Under the pieces are notes generated by a model. That model was not told the origin of the DNA. It worked only from the letters and a program-made list of their open reading frames with translations, and searched no databases. Source: an uncultured Solirubrobacteraceae bacterium (GTDB taxonomy: Bacteria > Actinomycetota > Thermoleophilia > Solirubrobacterales > Solirubrobacteraceae). Taken from it: DNA of 48,441 bases. The DNA lies in assembly GCA_955652345.1 (NCBI GenBank), contig CATPBV010000112.1, forward strand, positions 1-48,441, in the 5' to 3' direction. Of the stretch, positions 36,963-44,516 are shown in pieces (positions within the stretch are counted from its first letter, which is position 1; every line of letters starts with the position of its first letter). The translations under genes and the position numbers were made by a program.

Positions 36963-38150
36963 CTAGCGAGCCGGAGCTGCCGCGAGCGCGAGGTCGCGCT
37001 GGGGATCGATCCCCCATCGCCGGGCCACGTCCTCGAGGTTCTGATCGAGAGCCCAGCGGTCGGGCTTGGAGTCGCCCGTGTAGTCGGGGCTGGCTCCTTT
37101 CAGGGCCATGCAGCCGGTGTTGTCACCAAGCCTACGGATCGCTTCCACGTCGGCCGATGAGAGCCGCCGCTCCCGCGGGAGCGCCGCAAGCTCGGCACGC
37201 TTCTCCTCGACCGGCCGCGCCTCGGCGCCGAGCTCCTGAATCAGCGTCGGAACCACGCACTGCACCGCGTCGTGGGCCAGATTCCACTGGCATGCGAGCT
37301 GGATCATCGACAGCCCTGCCCGCTGCGCGATCGGCCGCATCGCCTCCATGCGCTCGCGCCCGGCCTCGATCCAACCGACTGGCCTGAAGCTGCGATGGTC
37401 CTGCGGCGGGAGCTCCTGACCGGGGATGAGGTCGTCGAAGAACAAGCCGCCGTAGTCGACGACACGAGTGATCACGTTGACCCCCGCCTGCGCCGCCGCG
37501 CCGAGACACAGCTCGCCTGGCCACGGCTCGAGCGGATTCAGGATGATCATCGCCCAGTCGATCGCCGTACCGAATCGCTCGAGGCAAGCGATCAGGTCGA
37601 GGGTGAAGCCGTTCGCCGGCCCTGGCGCGACGCCGATCATCCGCGTGAGGCCCACGTCCTTCAGGCCCGACATCGCGTCCCACACGGCCTCGGACCGGTA
37701 GCCGGTGCGGTCCGGGTTGTGCAGCAGCAGTAGATCGAAGCGATCGATCGCACAGCGCTCGAGGCTGCGTTCGGTCGCCATCCGCAGGTAATCGGCATAG
37801 CCGCCCGCATCGCGAAGCTGAGGATCGGTGAACCGCGGGAAGCCCTTGGCGCCGTCCCGCTGGCCGGTATAGAAGTCGTGGCCGACCGCACCCACGACGC
37901 AGACATCCTCGCGGCGGGTCCCCGCAAGCGAGCGACCCAACAGCGCGTCCGCATCCCCGAGGCCGTAGACGTCGGCCGTGATCACGGTCTTGATCGACTC
38001 ATCCGGCGTCAGCAGCGAGATCAGCCGCTCGTCGTCGAGCGCATCGCCGAAGCGCATGAACCGGCCGCCGCTCCAGGTCCCGATCGCGGTCGGTCCGGGA
38101 TCGACATGCGCGGTCTCCCCCGGATCCACATGACGGGCAGAATCGGTCAT
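36963..38150 (-). CDS. Aldo/keto reductase
   Basis: IGTWSGG, TADVYG.G, ATERSLERCAIDRFDLLLLHNPD, QLACQWNL. Confidence 0.85.
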   Translation of the reverse strand: MTDSARHVDPGETAHVDPGPTAIGTWSGGRFMRFGDALDDERLISLLTPDESIKTVITADVYGLGDADALLGRSLAGTRREDVCVVGAVGHDFYTGQRDGAKGFPRFTDPQLRDAGGYADYLRMATERSLERCAIDRFDLLLLHNPDRTGYRSEAVWDAMSGLKDVGLTRMIGVAPGPANGFTLDLIACLERFGTAIDWAMIILNPLEPWPGELCLGAAAQAGVNVITRVVDYGGLFFDDLIPGQELPPQDHRSFRPVGWIEAGRERMEAMRPIAQRAGLSMIQLACQWNLAHDAVQCVVPTLIQELGAEARPVEEKRAELAALPRERRLSSADVEAIRRLGDNTGCMALKGASPDYTGDSKPDRWALDQNLEDVARRWGIDPQRDLALAAAPAR

Positions 38151-38163
38151 CGATCGCCAGTTT

Positions 38164-38328
38164 AGGTTCGTGGCGAGGTATCTGACGGGATCGGGGCGGT
38201 CGGGGGACGAGAGGGACGGCGCGGACGGGAGGCGACGCGTAGCAGCGCTACACGAGCCGAGTGGCCGGGCCGTATCCGCGAAGTCATCCCGGCCGCATCC
38301 GGACCGGCAGATACCTCGTCGCGGACCT
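38164..38328 (+). other. ~165-nt long imperfect palindrome (structured RNA or REP/MITE-like element)
   Basis: 38164-38184 pairs with 38308-38328 over 21 bp with 3 G-T; pairing continues inward with further G-T pairs and bulged A. Confidence 0.7.
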
Positions 38329-38341
38329 TGGTTCGTGGCCG

Positions 38342-38584
38342 TCAGCGCTGCCGCCACCACCTCCCGCTCACCAGATCGTGGAACACGACCTCGTCGCGAC
38401 CGGCGGTCGTCACCACCTCCCAGTAGCGCCGATGCAGCGGCCTGTCGGTCCACCACCGATCCTCGACCAGCCATGATTCCCGCACCGCATCGATCGAAGT
38501 GCCGTCGACCTCAGCGGGCCGGCCTTCCTCGTTGGCGACGACGGTGACGCGGCGCGGAACCGATAGCCGGCGCGGCCCACTCAT
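38342..38584 (-). CDS. Small Trp-rich protein resembling the ImuB C-terminal module (DUF6504-like)
   Basis: GRPAEVDG..IDAVRESWLVEDRWW...RRYWEV.....VVFHDLVSGRWW; 16 bp downstream of imuB. Confidence 0.7.
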   Translation of the reverse strand: MSGPRRLSVPRRVTVVANEEGRPAEVDGTSIDAVRESWLVEDRWWTDRPLHRRYWEVVTTAGRDEVVFHDLVSGRWWRQR

Positions 38585-38600
38585 CTTGTGCCCTCGGCGC

Positions 38601-39827
38601 TCATTCGAACGGCGTCAGTACCGCGCGCCGCTCGGGGAAGCGCGAGTCGGGGTCAACCTCGAGCACCCGCAGGGCGGCCTCCGATCCAGCGGCCGCGCGC
38701 GCCTGGCGGATCGCCTCGCGGAGCCGCGCTGTCCGCGCGGCGGCAGGATCTTCCAACAGAGCGCGCTGATCGCTGGCTGGAGGGCCGAAGGACTCGACCG
38801 CCAGCCGCAGCTCCTGCGCCGGAGCCGGCATCAACGAGAGATGGGGGCCCAGCACCAGCCTCATACGCAGCGGATCGGCGAGCGCCTCGCGAAAGACAGC
38901 CTGCCTGCGCCAAGTGCCACCCTGTTCGACGAGCACCGCCGAAAGCGCCACCGCCCGCACGGTTCGCCCCCGCCGTTCATGCCGAGCGAGCAGGCGATCG
39001 ATCAGCAGTCCCAGTGCGCGCTCGAGCTGCATGCCCGAGGCGGCCTCGGGAAGCACGAGCGACTCGCGCAGGAACTCGCTTGCGGGTCGTGGCCGCAACG
39101 CGCCGTCGCCGCCCCCAGCCAGCTCGCGAGCGAGCAACCCGGCCGCTCCGAGACGGTCCGCCAGGGCATCGGGCGAAAGGGCCACCAGCTCGCCGAGGGT
39201 CCTGATGCCGAGGCGCTCGAGTGCCTCCGGCAGCTCTGCAAGCGCCGGCCGCGCGCGCAGCAGCGCCACCGGCAGTTCAGCCAGGAATGCGCTGGCCTCC
39301 TGACGGCCTCCGGTGACGATCACCGGGCGACGTGTTCGCGCCCGTGTCGCCGCGGCCACCGCGGCAAACCGCGACGGCGCCACCCCGTAGCGGGCAGGTA
39401 CGCCCAGCGCCCGCCGAGCGGCGCTGATCACTCTCTCGATCCGCTCGCGGTCGCCCACGACCCGTGCCCCGTACAGCTTCAGCAGACCGCGAGCGTCGAA
39501 GCACACGAGTCCCGGACGCTCGGGCTCTACAGCCGCTCCGATCGACTCGAGGCGCACCAGCAGCCGCTCCCAGGCCTCGGCCACCCCGGCCGGGTCTGGT
39601 GGGACCAGCGTCAGCCGCGGGCAGCGCGCAAGCGCCTCGCCCAACCGCATCCCTGGGTGGACGCCGAACGCCTCAGCGGCGAGTGAGACCTCGCCGACCA
39701 TCTCCTTCGGACCACCTGAGCCAACGTCCGGCGCAAGCGCCGCAGGAACCCTCAGCAGCTCCGCCCGACCGCCGGCGGCAACCGTGAGCTGGAAGCGCGG
39801 AAGTAGGACGCAGACGACCATTCCCAT
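38601..39827 (-). CDS. imuB: ImuB-like inactive Y-family polymerase
   Basis: VSLAAEAFGVHPGMRLGEALARCP, FDARGL..LYG, FL..LPVALL, LERLGIRTLGEL, C-terminal RVLEVDPDSRFPERRA; SOS box at start. Confidence 0.85.
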   Translation of the reverse strand: MGMVVCVLLPRFQLTVAAGGRAELLRVPAALAPDVGSGGPKEMVGEVSLAAEAFGVHPGMRLGEALARCPRLTLVPPDPAGVAEAWERLLVRLESIGAAVEPERPGLVCFDARGLLKLYGARVVGDRERIERVISAARRALGVPARYGVAPSRFAAVAAATRARTRRPVIVTGGRQEASAFLAELPVALLRARPALAELPEALERLGIRTLGELVALSPDALADRLGAAGLLARELAGGGDGALRPRPASEFLRESLVLPEAASGMQLERALGLLIDRLLARHERRGRTVRAVALSAVLVEQGGTWRRQAVFREALADPLRMRLVLGPHLSLMPAPAQELRLAVESFGPPASDQRALLEDPAAARTARLREAIRQARAAAGSEAALRVLEVDPDSRFPERRAVLTPFE

Positions 39828-39829
39828 GC

Positions 39830-39843
39830 CGAACACATGTTCG
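39830..39843. promoter_or_regulatory. LexA SOS box upstream of imuB
   Basis: CGAACACATGTTCG, identical to the 2402-2415 box. Confidence 0.88.
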
Positions 39844-39890
39844 CATAGGCCGCGGACGAACGCCCTGAGTCGACTTCACCCCTAACCCAC

Positions 39891-39933
39891 GGCGCCGGCC
39901 CTTCCCGCCGACTCAGCGGGAGGGGCCGGCGCC
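39891..39933 (-). terminator. Hairpin terminator after the alkaline phosphatase family gene
   Basis: GGCGCCGGCCCTTCCCGC / GCGGGAGGGGCCGGCGCC, 17 of 18 Watson-Crick. Confidence 0.7.
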
Positions 39934-39944
39934 ACGGCCTGGCA

Positions 39945-41654
39945 CTACGCCCCCGCCAGGACCTTCGTTCCCTCGATCTGAACCGCTTGGAGCTCGAGCG
40001 GATTCAGACCGAGCAGTTGCAGGATCGTCGGGGCGATCTGGGTGGTCTCGACCTGGTCGGAGACCGTTCCCGACGGGACCGCGCCAGGTGCGTACACGAG
40101 GATCGGGACGTTGCGATCCTCGAAACCGGCTCCGCCGTGCTCGGCGATCTTCGCCAGGTGACCGGTGTAGACGACGCCGTGCTGGACGACACCCCAGACG
40201 TCGGGGTGGCGCGGGTCAGCGAACGACGTGTGGAAGTACCGAGCCGCCGCTTCGCCCACGAACAGCTCCGTCAGACCGGAGTGCGCGAGTGTCCGCGAAG
40301 GTCCGGCCTCGAGCGCGTTGTGCACGTTGTATGTGTTGCCCGTCGCCGAGTGGTTCCAGAGGAAGTCCCTGACGAACTTGAACGCCTCGGGTGTGCGGTA
40401 GTTCAGCCACAGCGGGAATGCATCGTCCCTGCTTCCGGCCGCGGTGTTCCCCGGGTCAGCCGCGGTCAGTCTGCCGAGGCTCGGATGCGCCTTGTGCCAG
40501 GCATCGTTGAGATGGTCGATGATCGTCCCGTCGTTGAGCCGGGTCAGCGCGAGTGGATCCTGCGGAGACTGGCCGTGCTTGGCGGAGATGATGATCGCCG
40601 TCGAGCTCGCGAGTCCGTGCTTGTCGATCTCGACCGCCATCCGCTGGACCTCGTCATTGATGAAGCCGAGCGCGCGGCGCAGGAGCGGGCCCGGAGTCCT
40701 GGTTCCAGGGAGGTACCCGCCGTTCAGGCCGTCGGAGTTCGGCAGCTTCTCCGCGGTCGAAACCGTCTGGAAGTTCATTCCGAGGATCGCCGGCACGCCG
40801 ACCTTCTCGGTGCGGCCGTGGTTGTAGCCGTCGATCCAGTTGAGAACGGCTTCCACCTTGTAGTTGTCGTACTGCATCGTCGCGGCGTTGTCCTGCGTCC
40901 AGTCCCCCATGTTCGGGTACGGGCTGCCGTTTGGCAGCAGCGCAGCACTGTTGATCTCAGGCGCGAACAGGTCCTGGATGCCGTTGCCGGACGGGCCGTT
41001 CAGGATCTCGTAGGCGACATGCTTGTCCGACCACGCGGTCCGCATCCCGTGGCCGCGGATCACCTCAAAGATCGTGTTGACCTTCAGGTACGTATGTGGG
41101 AACACGACCTGGCACGACGCCGGATCGACCGGGAGCTTCGCCTGATCGATCAGCGGCCGCGGCATGCCGGTCAGCTGGAGGATGCTGCCGGGCAGCCCAG
41201 AGAGACCCTGTCCGGAATCGATCGACAAGGGGTTCTTGGCGATGACCTCGAAGTAGTTGACCTCAGCGCCGGTCGGCTGTCCGGTGCAGGATGTGGTGCC
41301 GGCCGGTAGGAGGTTGTGGTTGTACTCGGCGTCGTAGTAGACGCCTGTGGTCCCGGGATTACCGCCCGTCACCTGGCCGACCATCCCGGGGAACGAGTCG
41401 GTCGGGATGGGCGCCCGAGCATTCGAGTACTCGCGACCTCCGCTCATGAGCTTCGCGAGCTCGGACGCAGGGTGAGTGCGTACGTACCACGCAAGGTCTG
41501 ACTGGTGCAGACCATCGACGGAGATCAGCAGGACGTGCGAAATCTTGCCCGACCCAGCCTTCTTCGAGTGTGCTGATCCCGCCGCGGCTGGAACCCCGAT
41601 CGCTATCGCCGCGATCGCGGATCCGAGTACGGCGGCCTTCTTCCCTGCGCGCAT
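39945..41654 (-). CDS. Secreted alkaline phosphatase superfamily (nucleotide pyrophosphatase/phosphodiesterase) protein
   Basis: Signal peptide; HVLLISVDGLH, PTDSFPG nucleophile region, IIISAKHGQ, AEHGG. Confidence 0.85.
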   Translation of the reverse strand: MRAGKKAAVLGSAIAAIAIGVPAAAGSAHSKKAGSGKISHVLLISVDGLHQSDLAWYVRTHPASELAKLMSGGREYSNARAPIPTDSFPGMVGQVTGGNPGTTGVYYDAEYNHNLLPAGTTSCTGQPTGAEVNYFEVIAKNPLSIDSGQGLSGLPGSILQLTGMPRPLIDQAKLPVDPASCQVVFPHTYLKVNTIFEVIRGHGMRTAWSDKHVAYEILNGPSGNGIQDLFAPEINSAALLPNGSPYPNMGDWTQDNAATMQYDNYKVEAVLNWIDGYNHGRTEKVGVPAILGMNFQTVSTAEKLPNSDGLNGGYLPGTRTPGPLLRRALGFINDEVQRMAVEIDKHGLASSTAIIISAKHGQSPQDPLALTRLNDGTIIDHLNDAWHKAHPSLGRLTAADPGNTAAGSRDDAFPLWLNYRTPEAFKFVRDFLWNHSATGNTYNVHNALEAGPSRTLAHSGLTELFVGEAAARYFHTSFADPRHPDVWGVVQHGVVYTGHLAKIAEHGGAGFEDRNVPILVYAPGAVPSGTVSDQVETTQIAPTILQLLGLNPLELQAVQIEGTKVLAGA

Positions 41655-41814
41655 TGGCGCTCCCTTCGTTCGTTGGCGAGGCCGACGCGAGCGAAGTTAT
41701 GTGTCGCCGTGCTTGCAAAAGTTGCTCAAGTGTTCACTAGTTGTGCATGTGTTGTGAACGACCGCGCGCGATCGGGGCTTTCGGACGCGCGGCGCGGTGC
41801 TACGGTGCCAGCGC

Positions 41815-42774
41815 ATGACCCCCAATCCCGTCGAGCTCGCCGCCCAGGGCGTGCGTACGATCAGAGCGTTCGGCAACCGCATCCCGATCGGCGGCGGCAT
41901 CATCGCGCCGTCGCTCGATACGGTGGTGACCGGGCGCACGGTGATGATCACCGGCGCCTCGTCGGGCATCGGCAAGGCGGCGGCGATCGAGGTCGGCAAA
42001 GCGGGTGGGACGATGCTGCTCGTCGCGCGCTCCGAGGACAAGCTAGAGCAGGTCAAGCGCCAGATCGAGGCGCTCGGCGGCACGGCGTACGTCCACCCGT
42101 GCGACCTCACGGACCTCGACGACATCGACCGGATGGCTGACGACGTCCTGTCCGAGCACGGAACGGTCGACGTCCTCGTCAACAACGCGGGCAAGTCGAT
42201 CAGGCGATCGGTCAATCGCGCGTACGACCGCTTCCACGACTATCAGCGCACCATGCAGCTCAACTACTTCGCCCCGGTCAAGCTGATTCTGAAGCTGCTG
42301 CCTGTGATGCGCGAGCGCGGGCACGGGCACATCGTGAACGTCTCGACGATCGGCCTTCAGGTGAACACGCCGAGGTTCTCGGCGTACGTAGCCTCGAAGG
42401 CGGCGCTAGATGCCTTCGCGCGCTCGATCGGGTCCGAGATCATCAACGACGGTGTGCACGTGACGACCGTGTACATGCCGCTCGTCCGCACGCCGATGAT
42501 CGCCCCGACGAAGATGTACAACAACTTCCCGACGCTGAGCCCGGAGGAGGCCGGCCACATGCTCGCCGAGGCCATCCGCAAGCGCCCCAAGCGGATGGCG
42601 ACAGCGCTCGGCAACCTCGGACAGCTGAGCTACGCGGTCGCGCCCGGTGCCCAGGACCTAGTGGTCAACCGCGCCTACCAGCTGTTCCCCGAGGGCGACA
42701 AGAAGGACGCCGCCAAGGAGGCTACGCCCGAGCAGCGAGCGTTCGCTGCCGCCACCCGCGGCGTGCACTGGTAG
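41815..42774 (+). CDS. SDR oxidoreductase, fatty acyl-CoA reductase-like
   Basis: ITGASSGIG, VNNAGKSIRRS, DRFHDYQRTMQLNYF, YVASK. Confidence 0.88.
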   Translation: MTPNPVELAAQGVRTIRAFGNRIPIGGGIIAPSLDTVVTGRTVMITGASSGIGKAAAIEVGKAGGTMLLVARSEDKLEQVKRQIEALGGTAYVHPCDLTDLDDIDRMADDVLSEHGTVDVLVNNAGKSIRRSVNRAYDRFHDYQRTMQLNYFAPVKLILKLLPVMRERGHGHIVNVSTIGLQVNTPRFSAYVASKAALDAFARSIGSEIINDGVHVTTVYMPLVRTPMIAPTKMYNNFPTLSPEEAGHMLAEAIRKRPKRMATALGNLGQLSYAVAPGAQDLVVNRAYQLFPEGDKKDAAKEATPEQRAFAAATRGVHW

Positions 42775-42787
42775 GCGCGGCGAAACG

Positions 42788-43063
42788 CTAGTGGCTCGTC
42801 GAGCAGGCCTGGATCTTGCTCACGTCGGTGCCGGCCGCCGCCAGGCAAGTGCTGAGGTTGACGGCGCTGGACGGCACGCTCACCCCGGACTGCTTGTTGG
42901 CGTTATTCAGCACCTGCTGGAGCTGCTTTTCGCTCTGAGTTACGGCGTTGTTGGCCGCGTCGTGGTTGGGTTTGATGACCGTGAAGTACACGACGCCGAA
43001 GATCGCCAGCGACACCACGGCCGCGATCAGGCGATATCTAAGACTGTTGACGATGACGTACAT
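42788..43063 (-). CDS. Small membrane-anchored hypothetical protein
   Basis: One TM segment LIAAVVSLAIFGVVYFTVI; C-terminal C..AAGTDVSKIQAC. Confidence 0.65.
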   Translation of the reverse strand: MYVIVNSLRYRLIAAVVSLAIFGVVYFTVIKPNHDAANNAVTQSEKQLQQVLNNANKQSGVSVPSSAVNLSTCLAAAGTDVSKIQACSTSH

Positions 43064-43441
43064 GCTCTGAGCCCCCGATGGTTGAGTTGGCGGACCCCTA
43101 CTTCCCGCGGCGGGTCGTTCCTTGACCCGGGTGCAGGGAGGGGCTAGCTGAGTATCGGGCGAGACGGCCACCGCCTTTAGCGCGCGAGCGGAGGCGCCGA
43201 CGAGCGATAGGCTCGTATCGGCCGGCATCGTCACACCCATCGGCCGAGCTCGACGCCTCCCCCGCCGCCACCCGCAGCGCGCGCAGTGGCAGCCGGACGC
43301 GAGCGCGGGCAGCCGTCGCTCGCCGGAGGTCACAACTCGTCACTCGAGCATCGCGATTTCGCGAGTGCCAAGTTGACGACGCTATGCGTCCTCAGATTGG
43401 CAGTCGAAGATCCGGAGGTCTCGACTGCCGAGCTATGACCC

Positions 43442-43461
43442 TTAGTTGAGCGCACAACTAA
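43442..43461. promoter_or_regulatory. Palindromic operator (MarR-like) upstream of the dioxygenase gene
   Basis: TTAGTTG-AGCGCA-CAACTAA perfect 7-bp arms. Confidence 0.6.
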
Positions 43462-43516
43462 ACGCGTGATACCCTCAACACAAGGTTGTAGGTCCGACGA
43501 CACCGAGGAGCCCGTC

Positions 43517-44464
43517 ATGAAGCTCGAAGGCATCCACCACATCACCGCGATCACCGCCGATGCGCAGCGGAACGTCGATTTCTACGCCGGGGTCCTCGGG
43601 CTGAGGCTGGTCAAGAAGTCCGTGAACCAGGACTACACCTCGGTCTACCACCTGTTCTACGCTGACGAGAACGGCGATCCCGGCTCCGACATCACGTTCT
43701 TCGAGTATCCCGGCGTCAACCGCGGCCGGCCCGGCGCGGGGATGGTCCATCGGATCGTGTGGCGTCTCGCGGGATCCGAGGCACTCGACTTCTGGGAGAG
43801 CCGGCTCGCGGACCACGGGAGCGAGCCTCATCGACTGCCGGACAGCGTCGTGTTCGACGATCCTGAAGGTTTGACCCATGAGCTCAGGGTCGTCGAGGTC
43901 CCCGACGAGCCGCTGATCGCCAACCACCCCGAGATCCCGGCGGAGCTCGCGCTCCAGGGCTTTCATGCCGCGCGCGCGTACGCAGCCGACCCGGAGCGCA
44001 GCCGCGCGCTGCTCGAGGACACGCTCGGCTTCGCCCCGCCGGTCGAGGTTGGCCCGGGTGGAACGATTCTGTCCCGCGAGATCAGAGGCGAGCGTCGCGG
44101 CAGCTTCTACCTCTACGAACCCCCACCCGCGGCGCCACCGCTTCAGGGCGCCGGCTCGGTGCATCACATCGCCTGGGCCGCGCCGCCCGAGGAGATCGAA
44201 GCGTGGCAGCAGCGGGTCGCGGCGGCGGGCGCACGTCCCACGCCGATCATCGATCGCCACTACTTCCGCTCCGTCTACTTCCGCGAGCCGTCGGGCGTGC
44301 TGTTCGAGATCGCCACGATCGGCCCGGGTTTCACCGTCGATGAGCCACCCGAGCACCTCGGCGAGAAGCTGTCGCTGACGCCGAAGTTCGAGCGTCTGCG
44401 CGATCAGATCGAGCCCACGCTGACGCCGCTGCGCAACCCTCGGGAGAGCTGGGCCCCGCGCTAG
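43517..44464 (+). CDS. Ring-cleaving dioxygenase / glyoxalase (MhqO-like VOC)
   Basis: GIHHITAI, LGLRLVKKSVNQD...YHLFY, GAGSVHHIAW, DRHYFRSVYFREPSGVLFEIAT.GPGF. Confidence 0.92.
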   Translation: MKLEGIHHITAITADAQRNVDFYAGVLGLRLVKKSVNQDYTSVYHLFYADENGDPGSDITFFEYPGVNRGRPGAGMVHRIVWRLAGSEALDFWESRLADHGSEPHRLPDSVVFDDPEGLTHELRVVEVPDEPLIANHPEIPAELALQGFHAARAYAADPERSRALLEDTLGFAPPVEVGPGGTILSREIRGERRGSFYLYEPPPAAPPLQGAGSVHHIAWAAPPEEIEAWQQRVAAAGARPTPIIDRHYFRSVYFREPSGVLFEIATIGPGFTVDEPPEHLGEKLSLTPKFERLRDQIEPTLTPLRNPRESWAPR

Positions 44465-44516
44465 AGCTGGCTCCGGGACGCGGGTGCCGCGCTATAACCC
44501 GCTCGCCCGACGTCGG

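Noticed and set aside
38095-38133. HVDPG duplication at the AKR N-terminus
   Set aside because: Short local duplication in a variable N-terminus with no evidence of function
38164-38328. SRP RNA or tRNA
   Set aside because: No SRP domain IV GNRA/AGCAG arrangement and no cloverleaf or T-loop recognised
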